Source: the human T2T-CHM13v2.0 reference genome, Homo sapiens
Strand: one strand, 5' to 3'
DNA: 64,000 nucleotides
Assembly (NCBI RefSeq): GCF_009914755.1
Contig: NC_060948.1
In this document: one piece after another, positions 55,416 to 64,000 of the stretch
How positions within the stretch are numbered: position 1 is the stretch's first letter
Layout: every line of letters begins with the position of its first letter
Position numbers and translations under genes: made by a program
Notes under the pieces: model-generated
Seen by the model: the letters and a program-made list of their open reading frames with translations, nothing else
Databases searched by the model: none
What the model was told of the DNA's origin: nothing

Positions 55416-56588
55416 ATGAGGAGGATCATCATGGGACTCATTTTCCTTATAATTTGGACTTGTTTAGTAAAAACTTCCACTGATTTTCCCCACTTGGAGG
55501 ACTGCTCTCACTGTATACATCAGGTTACTGAGGTAGGGTGACAAGTTAAAAAAATCTTTCTGTTCTAAAGCTTTTATGAATGCCTAGGAAGTTTAAAAGG
55601 AACATGTTTATATAATGACACTCAGTACAAGGTATGTAGCCCAGGAAATGACCAGGCAGACATGGGTTATGAACCCTCTGAACCTCTCATGGCCACAGTT
55701 TTTGAAATAAGATTAAGGACTGAAGATTGATGGGGACTCATAAATGATTCAAGTAAAGTATTAGCCAGAACAGAAGAAAAAGGAGTGCCCAAATGCATAA
55801 TCTTGAAATTTCATGCCAGTGCTGTAATTAATAGCAATAAGTTAGGAAGGGGATGTGGCTCTTTTGAGCTACTGCCAATAAAAACAGGTGAACTCCTGGG
55901 CTTCCCTGTCTATACTTCCTGTGAGAAGAGAAGCATAGCTATAGGAAATTGAAAAGATGATGAATGGCCCCCTGAGAGAATCATACAATATAATGAGCCT
56001 ACTACTTGGCATGGGATGGCTTGTGGGGATACCGGACCCGGTTTTACATGATCAACCAAATCATATGGTTACAAGCTATCTTAGAAATAATCACTAATAA
56101 AACTGACAGAGCCTTGACTATTCTGGCCCAGCAAGAAACTCAGATGAGAAATGCTATCAATCAAAATAGATTGGCTCTTGACTACTTGCCAGCAGCTGAA
56201 GGAGGCATCTGTGGGAAATTTAACTTTACTAATTGCTGTCTACACATTGATGATCAAGGGCAAGTAGTCGAAGACATAGTCAGAGAAATAACAAAACTGT
56301 CACATGTGCCCTTGCAAGTGGGGCATGGATTTGATCCTGGGGCCATGTTTGGAAAATGGTTCCTAGTGCTAGGAGGATTTAAAACTCTTATAATAAAGAG
56401 TTATCATAGTAATAGGAACCTGCTTACGGCTCCTTTGTTTGCTACCTGTACTTCTTCAAATGATAAAAAGCTTCATCACTATCTTAGTTCACCAAAATGC
56501 ATCAGCACAAGTGTACTATAAGAATCACTATCAGTCTATCTTGCAAGAAGTCATGAGTAGTGAGGATGAAAGTGAGAACTCCCACTAA
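55416..56588 (+). pseudogene. env: HERV-E env, internally deleted and disrupted
   Basis: Signal peptide MRRIIMGLIFLIIWTCLV, decayed furin site CEKR/SI (55920-55934), [26 protein letters not shown]. Only ~1.17 kb long. Confidence 0.9.
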
Positions 56589-56614
56589 TGAGTGAGGGTC
56601 TCAAAGGTGGGGAA

Positions 56615-57072
56615 TAAGGGAGGAGACCACCCCTCATATTGTCTTATGCCCAATTTCAGCCTCCAAAGAAAGAAGTAAAAACTAAAAGGCAGAAATGAAA
56701 TCCAAAGGCAGACAACCCAGAGCTACACCCTCAGCCCAGTAGTTAAAGATTGACCCCCAACCTAACCATTTATGTTCTCTATAGATTTCAGATATTGTAT
56801 GGAAAGGCACTGTGAAAATTCCTGTCCTGTTCTGTTCCATTCTCATTACTGGTGCATGCAGCCCCCAGTCACGTACCCCCTACTCGCTCAATGGATCACG
56901 ACCCTCTCACGTGGACCCCTTAGAGTTGTAAGCGCTTAAGAGGACAGGAATTGCTCACTCAGAGAGCTCGGTTTTTAAGATGTGAGTCTTGCTGATGCTC
57001 CCAGCAGAAAAAAAGCCCTTCCTTCTTTAACTTGGTGTCTGAGAGGTTTTGTCTGCAACTCGTCCTCCTACA
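56615..57072 (+). repeat. HERV-E 3' LTR (LTR2)
   Basis: Follows polypurine tract AAAGGTGGGGAA (56603-56614). Ends CCTACA, followed by TSD CCAG. Confidence 0.96.
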
Positions 57073-57094
57073 CCAGGAGGATTAAAATATACTA

Positions 57095-57400
57095 GTCAAG
57101 GTGTACTGGCTCATGCCTTTAATCCCAGTACTTTGGGAGGACCAGGAATGAGGATCTCTTGAGCCTAGGAGTTCAAGACCAGCATGGACGATATAGTGAG
57201 ATCCAGCCTTTACAAAATAAAATAAAATTAGCTGGGTGTGGTGGCATGCCTATAGTCTCAGCTTCTTGGGAGGCTGAAGCAGAAGATCACTTGAGCCCAC
57301 GAGTTTGGGGCTTCAGTGAGCTACACTCTACTGTATAATCCACTGTACTCTATCCTGGGCAAAAGAGAGAGACCCTGTCTCAAAAAATTAAAAAATAAAA
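57095..57400 (+). mobile_element. AluJ-type
   Basis: CTTGAGCCTAGGAGTTCAAGACC and CACTTGAGCCCACGAGTTTG. Confidence 0.88.
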
Positions 57401-58195
57401 CAAAGTCAAGGGAGAGAAAACTCTTGATCTTTAAGTTGTATAGCATGTTCTTATATTTGTATTGACCACGCTGTTAAAAAGAAAATAGATAGGCACATTC
57501 TTCTCTTTAAAACCTCAAAAATATTAGGCTTATTCAGAGAAGAAAAGAAAAAAATACTTTGTGTGTATATATACATGGGAACATACATATTATTGATCAG
57601 CATCACATTATATGCATGAATATATATGTGTGTGTGTGTATATGTTTGTATGTGTATACACACACAAAGGATTGTGTGTATGCCTTTGTGCATATATATA
57701 TATACACACACATCAAAATCTAGATTATCTATTTAAACTTTTAAAAGTCCATCAAACCACACCATGTCTATACTACATAAGATATAATCTAGACTCATAA
57801 ACTTCTTACACCACAGAGTGTTTAAGTGTATACATGTATATTTAGATACAGATATAAAAGTTTCAGTAGTCCAGGCACTGTTTCACTAAAAATGGCTGCA
57901 TGGATTCTCACCAAACAAAGAAGGCAGGGATAGGCTTGTCCAATACAGGCTTCATGGCTTGCATGGAGTACACAGACAGACAATCGTTCCTCAAAACAGC
58001 CAAAAAGTTGATTTGCAACTTAGTTGCTTTGCACCTGAGTGAGTCCTCATCCTAGGCTTTAAGGTGGGAAGTAGCAGGACCTCATGGGAGAACAAAGGTG
58101 AATGACTTCCCCAATTATCTCATCTCTGGATGGGAGGCTGGCTGGATAAACATATACACATGCATGCACACATCATCACTACTAAGAATAACAAC

Positions 58196-58490
58196 TGCTC
58201 AGTCACAGTGGCTCACACCTGTAATCCCAGCAGTTTGGGAGGCTGAGGTGGGCAGATCACCTGAGGTCAGGAGTTCAAGACCAGCCCTGGCCAACATGGT
58301 GAAACTGCCTCTCTACTAAAAATATAGATATTAGCCAGGCATTGTGGTGGGCACCTGTAATTTCAGCTACTTAGAGATTGAGGCAGGAGAATTGATTGAA
58401 GCCAGGAGATGGAGGTTGCAGCAAGCCAAGATTTTGCCACTGCACTCCAGCCTGGGTGACAGATCAAGACTCTACCTCAAAATAAATAAA
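58196..58490 (+). mobile_element. AluSx-like
   Basis: CAGATCACCTGAGGTCAGGAGTTC, two arms. Confidence 0.92.
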
Positions 58491-58580
58491 ATGATAAGAT
58501 GAGATGTGATGAGATGAGATGAGATGAGATGAGATGAGATGAGATGACATGAGATGAGATATGGTAAGATGAGATAAGAT
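58491..58580. repeat. (GAGAT)n pentanucleotide microsatellite in the Alu tail
   Basis: About 18 units, with a perfect run at 58511-58545. Confidence 0.95.
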
Positions 58581-59072
58581 GCACATCTACAGTTTCTGGC
58601 AATAGGAAAACCGTCTCTCCCTTCTCAGAAGCCAAAGTCAGAGTTATTTATTCTTGAGCAAAGGTTGAATCATGTTTCCCCAGTAGCCTTACAAAATGGT
58701 ATCTTCCAAGCATATGCAGTCACAGAATGTCATGCTGTGGTACATAGGTGGCCAGGATTGTGCACAGAGGTCTCCTATTGCATTAGATGAAGGTGAAAAG
58801 TCAGCCAGATGATTTAAAGCCTATGTGAAGTCAGCAAATTCAGAGAAATATATACATGGGTCCAAGACCTTTTGGTGAGATAGAAAACAATGAGGAGGGG
58901 AAAGATAATGTGTACATTCCTGAGACCAACAGAGTGAGGTTGGCCAAGCACATGGTTGGAGTTACAGCAAGGCAACAGAGGATCCCACTGAAGCTGAAAT
59001 GTATATATCCCCGACTCAAGTTCCCAGGCAGCAGAATGCCCTCACCAATCCATGCTAATTCCATTTTTTTAT

Positions 59073-59598
59073 TGAGACGGGGTTCAGGACACACTTCCCC
59101 AAAATAGGGAAACTTGGCATTTGGGAAAATAGAAGAAGCCGGCCATAGCTACCTGGAAAAACTTCCCCTGCCCCTCCTCAAAAGTTGCCTGAAGTGAGCC
59201 ATAAAACCTGGTTGACTTTCCTCTGAAAGGAGGTCATGAGTCATTCCAAGGGGTCCACCCTATACCCAGAATAAGGAAATGTCCTCTCTGAAGACACAGG
59301 GGGGACAAGAAGAATCTGAACAAACAGGCCTTGCTACATTTCCTCCTGGTTTATTCCTATTAGAGCCCATCACCTTTTGTCCAATTATACTTCTACACAA
59401 CTGTTACCTCTTATCAAGCCTAAGCATTAAAATGGACAGTTTCCCCTGTTTCTTTGAGGCTTCGTTTCAGAAGGTTCTAATGTCATGTAAAACTTAGATT
59501 AAATAGATCTATCTGATTTTTTATCGCTGATCTGATTTTTGCTATAACTGTCTCAGCCATGAACCTTGCAATGGGTGAAAAGTCTTTTCTCTCTTACA
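59073..59598 (+). mobile_element. ERV1 solo LTR, MER34-like
   Basis: TG...GTTCAGGACACACTTCCCCAAAATA...CAGCCATGAACCTTGCAATGGG...CTTACA, with ATTAAA. Confidence 0.65.
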
Positions 59599-59710
59599 CA
59601 TGTGGATGTGAATATAGGACTTAGAATTGCACCTGGTTAATTTAGCATTGCCAGTGGTAACAGTCTGGAGAGAAAGTTGAGGGGCAGAGGCCATTTGACA
59701 GGAAAGAAAC

Positions 59711-60556
59711 TGTCTTAGTCTGTTCATGCTGCTGTAGCCCTCACTCTGGACAGGGTAGTTTATAAACAGTAGAAATTTATTGCTCACAATTTTGGAGGGT
59801 AGAAGATTAAGATTAAGTAGCCAGCAGACTTGGTGTCTGGTGAGGGCTGCTCTCTGCTCCCTGAATGGTGCCTTGTAGTTGTGTCCTCCAGAGAGGACAG
59901 CCTATTAGGTTGGTGCAAAATTAATTACAGTTTCTATTATTGAAAGTAGTGGTGGCCAGGCACTGTGGCTCACGCCTAAAATCCCAGCACTTTGGGAGGC
60001 CGAGGTGGGTGGATCATGAGGTCAGGAATTTGAGACCACTCTGGTTAACATAGTGAAACCCCATCTCTAATAAAAATACAAAAAAAAAAAAAAAATAGCC
60101 GGGTGTGGTGGCAGGCGCCTGTAGTCCCAGCTACTCAAGAGGCTGAGGCAAGAGAATGGCGTGAACCCAGGAGGCAGAGCTTGCAGTGGGCCGAGATCGC
60201 GCCACTACACTCCAGCCTGGGCGACAGAGCGAGAGTGAGATTCCGTCTCAAAAAAAAAAAAGAAAAAGAAAGTAGTGACAAAAACCGCAATTATTTTGCA
60301 CCAACATAGTATGTCCTCACATTGCAGACTGGGTTGAAAGGGAGAAAAGGGATAAGCTTGCTCTCTCAAGACCTAAAATGAGGGTACTAATCCCCTCCAC
60401 GAGGATGAAGCTCACATGACCTAATCACCTCCTAAAAGCCCCCATCTCTTAACATTATTGCTTAACAGTGTCACTAATTGGGAATTAACTGAATGCTAAT
60501 TGGGAATTAAGTTCCAATATGAATCTTGGAAAGACACAAAGACTCAAACCACAGCA
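59711..60556. mobile_element. MaLR solo LTR (MLT1A/MST-like) hosting MADE1 and an Alu
   Basis: TGTCTTAGTCTGTTCATGCTGCTGTA...AGAAATTTATTGCTCACA...CAAACCACAGCA. Confidence 0.8.
59905..60309. mobile_element. MADE1 (Hsmar1-derived MITE) split by an AluY/Sc8-like element (59954-60267)
   Basis: TA-flanked inverted ends TTAGGTTGGTGCAAAA / TTTTGCACCAACATAG. Alu TSD GAAAGTAGTG (59942-59951, 60268-60277). Confidence 0.88.
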
Positions 60557-61159
60557 GGAGTCACAAATGCATTCAAGGTACACATAAAAGGACTAGAGTC
60601 TGAATGACATGATACTTCTTTCAATCAACCTTTGTCAAGCAAAGCTGAGCAATACAGAATGTAGTTTCATGTCCTTGTCACTTTGCCTGCATCCCTGCTT
60701 GGAAGGACCACCATCTGCAGTACAGGCAGCTTGCTGCTTGGATGCCCACTCCCAAAGCTCTTAACCCCAGCCATGGCTAATGCCGGTTCAGACTGAGGCA
60801 ACAAAGGATGATAAAGATTGTTATGAGGAATAGAAAACAAGTTCATAGGGAAGGATAGGGTGAGGACAGTCTTAAACCCTGGAAACCTCAGAAGTATTTA
60901 AGAAAGGACTTGAAATTGGCTGGACCTTAAATATATCATTTGTTGTAATGGGAACCCACTGTGTATGTACTTTCTCTCCTCCTGATTTCCTATTACCTAT
61001 TATCCTCTCTACCCTCATCTCTCTCCCACCACCAGTGAACTTGGGGCTATCAGTGAAAAAGACTATGGAATACTTAAGTTATTCACTAACACCAGCAAAA
61101 ACCTAGCTGTTAGAGGAAATGTTTCTTCCTCAATAAAAGGTGGCTTAAAAAGCATATTT

Positions 61160-61448
61160 AGGCCAGGCGCTGAGGCTCACACCTGCAATCCCAGCACTTT
61201 GGGAGGCTGAGATGGGCAGATTAGTTGAGTTCAAGACCAGCCTGGCAAACATAGTGAAACCCCCTCTCTACTGAAAATACAAAAATTAGCTGGGTGTGGT
61301 AGTGGATACCTATGATCCCAGCTACTTGGGAGGCTGAGGCAGAAAAATCTCTTGAACCTGGGAGGCAGAGGTTGTAGTAAGCCAAGATTATCCCACTTCA
61401 CTCCAGCCTGAGCAAAACGGGGACACTCTGCCTAAAAAAAAAAAAAAA
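61160..61448 (+). mobile_element. AluS
   Basis: Two-arm Alu with poly(A). Confidence 0.93.
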
Positions 61449-61473
61449 TTGTATTCATATAGAATTCATAATA

Positions 61474-61931
61474 CAGTCCTGTGTTGCTTAACGATGGTGA
61501 CACATACTAAGAAATGGTCATTAGGATACAAACCTAGATGTGATAAACTACAATACACCTAGGTTATGTGGGATTAGTCTTTTTCTCCTAGGCTACAAGC
61601 CTGTACAGTATGTTACTGTACTGAATACTGTAAGCAATTGTAACACAATAGTATTTATGTATATAAACATATCTAAACATAGAACAGGTACAGTAAACAT
61701 ATGGTAAGAAAGATAAAAAATGGTTCCCCTATATAGGGCATTTACTGTGAATGGAACTCACAGACCTGGAAGTTGTTCTGGATGAGTTGGTGAGTAATGA
61801 GTGAATGTGAAGGCCTAGGACACTACTATACACTACTACAGACATTATAAACACTGTACACTGAGTTTACATCTAATTTATTAAAAGTGTTTGTCTTTAT
61901 GTATACATACATATGTTTATATATATATACA

Positions 61932-61979
<48 letters not shown>

Positions 61980-62617
61980 TTTTTGAGACTAAGTCTCACT
62001 CTTTTGCCCAGGCTGGAGTGCAGTTGCACAATTCTGGCTCACTGTAAACTCCATGTCCTAGGTTCAAGTGATTGTCCTTCCTCAGCCTCCTGGGTAACTG
62101 AAATTATAGGCTTGAGCCACCATGCCCAGCTAATTTTTGTGTTTTTAGTATAGATGGGGTTTCACTATGTTGGCCAGGCTGGTCTCAAATGGCTGACCTC
62201 AGATGATCCACCACCTCGGCCTCCCAAAATGCTGGGGTTACACTCATGAGCCACCATGCCCAGACTCTTTCTTTAATAATAAAATAACCTTTTCAATTTT
62301 TTTTAGTTTGTTTTTTTTTTAGCTTTTTGACTGTCAGAAAAACATAGCTTAAAACACAATCACATCATTCAGATGTATGAAAATACTTTCTTTATATCTT
62401 TATTTTGTAAGTATTTCGTATCTTTAATTTTTTTTTACTTTTTAAACTTATTTCTTAAAAAAAGATAAAATACAAACACATAACTTTGTCTAGGCCTACA
62501 AAGTGTTGGGATTGTCACCAGGTGACAGAGATTTGTCAGCTCCATTATAATCTTAGGGTATTTTCATTGCATATGTGGTCTGCCACTGATAGAATATCAT
62601 GATATGGCTTGTGACTG
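61474..62617. mobile_element. Tigger3/MER7-like DNA transposon interrupted by an antisense Alu (61979-62265) with a (TA)n(TG)n tail
   Basis: TA-flanked ends CAGTCCTGTG / TTGTGACTG. CTAGGCTACAAGCCTGTACAGTATGTTACTGTACTGAATACTGTA. Confidence 0.8.
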
Positions 62618-62664
62618 TAATTGTATTTCACTTTGCTCTTTAGTTGGTGTTTTATGTAGAGAAC

Positions 62665-63170
62665 TGTGAATTTTCTGAAATTCCATCCTAGTTTCAGGCT
62701 AACAAGTCAGCCTGCTGGAGCTTCACAGATGGTGGCAGAAGACACAAATTCTCTGGGACAGAGACAAAGGACAGTTTCTACATGCAATAATAGCAGTAGA
62801 CATAGTAGCCATGTTTGTGCTGGTTTCCTGAACTGCAGTCCTCCTACCATCCTGGGGGCTGTGTAAAGGGCTGCATGATGCCTGCCTACAGTGGATTGCA
62901 TTACAGGAGATGAACCCTGTGCTTAGGGACCTGACCTGAATACTTATCATGACCAGTAAGCCTACATGGCTTCTCCTCCAGGAGGAAATGTTCATTGAAC
63001 TGGTGAATAAGGAAACCTACCATTTGGCTTAAAGTAAGACACCATATCTATCTTCCAAGGCTTTTACATAAACACACATGCTTGAAAAGGATGTGCACAA
63101 TACAGGCTGTCAGCACCTCTGGTTGTGATACAGGCAGAAACGCAAGAGATACAGGAAAAATTGCTTCCTT
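62665..63170. mobile_element. Old ERVL-type LTR (LTR40-like)
   Basis: GCTAACAAGTCAGCCTGC...GGCAGAAGACAC...CAGAGACAAAGGAC resembles a recalled consensus. Family name uncertain. Confidence 0.45.
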
Positions 63171-64000
63171 ATATCTTCTCTATTGGACCCCTTGAATAAA
63201 TAAGAAAATGACTTAACAGTATAACCAACTGAGCCTGTACCATGTCAAAAGCTGTGATATGATTCTCAGTCATCTCAGAGAACAGGGTGAGAAACTCCTC
63301 ATGGGTGACTCTACTTCCTTGAAATTAGGCCTGAACTACACAAATCAGCAGATTTCACTAAGGAGTTAGAGCTTTCCAGTGTGATCCCAAAACAAAATTG
63401 ATCCTTGGGACAACTTAGCAGCTTTCCACTGTGAGTCATCTTTGCCACCTGAATTGTGAAGTTAACTGCAACTGTAACCTCTCTGAAAAGAAGTGAAGTG
63501 CAGTAATTCAAAACCATTAGCAACCCCAAACCTATATTTTGTTCACTGCCCAAGTGTCTGTTTTCTGGACCATAAGAAGGCCCCAAGTGGATGGTCATGA
63601 TTGACTATGCATATCAAATGTGACACTAGAGATGCACAAAGGATGGCAATTGAAAATAGTTTGCTTTAATTGGGTTCTGTGCACATGAGTACAAGTCTTT
63701 AAGAGCTAGTGATTTCCAGGAAGCCTCTATATTATGACCAATTATTTATGGCTGAAGTTATTACTTAAAGGAAATCAAATTATGGGTGAGAAGGTATACA
63801 TAAAAGGAAAGATAAAAGTTTCCTGGCCAGTAATGTAAACACAAACATCTTAAAGTGTTTCTTCCATTGAATACTTACACAAAATTATTATCACGACATC
63901 TCTACTGATGGCCTAGAGAATTTGGTAAAGAATTCATTTTTTTGGAGCAGTTTACACTTGTATAGCACTTACTATTTATCTACTTATTTATTTTTATTTA

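Larger units (their letters stand above)
41242..57072 (+). mobile_element. HERV-E (LTR2/Harlequin group) provirus, outer element, ~7.4 kb of own sequence plus the HERV9 insert
   Basis: Paired LTRs, perfect 4-bp TSD CCAG (41238-41241, 57073-57076), tRNA-Glu PBS, gag-pro-pol-env order, polypurine tract. Confidence 0.95.

Noticed and set aside
56006-56521. 171-aa env TM ORF as a domesticated, syncytin-like gene
   Set aside because: Non-ATG start, SU disrupted and deleted, furin site mutated, frameshift at the membrane anchor.
61160-62265. Inverted Alu pair as a dsRNA/editing substrate (also 4790-5755)
   Set aside because: Common configuration, diverged copies, and no evidence of transcription.

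Overview
Human (or at least hominid) repeat-rich, apparently non-genic DNA. A young AluYb-lineage insertion points to human. I can support no host protein-coding exon, RNA gene or CRISPR array. Almost all listed ORFs are translated Alu, L1, LTR or microsatellite sequence. Positions 1-41 kb and 57-64 kb are a mosaic of about 24 Alus, L1/L2 fragments, DNA transposons and solo LTRs. The dominant structure is a 15.8-kb nested pair of proviruses. A HERV-E (LTR2, tRNA-Glu PBS, CCAG target-site duplication, 41242-57072) has its integrase gene split by a two-LTR HERV9/ERV9 (LTR12, tRNA-Arg PBS, 46520-54905) in the same orientation. Both are coding-defective. The most notable fine-scale signals are: (1) a ~204-bp near-identical tract between otherwise diverged LTR12 copies, probably LTR-to-LTR gene conversion; (2) an old L1PB insertion that appears to carry a 3' transduction; (3) a ~75-bp templated copy of an old L1 segment 2 kb away; (4) a near-perfect SOX-OCT composite motif in a MER50-like LTR. 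Repeat family names come from recalled consensus sequences, not a search. Boundaries without a stated TSD are approximate.
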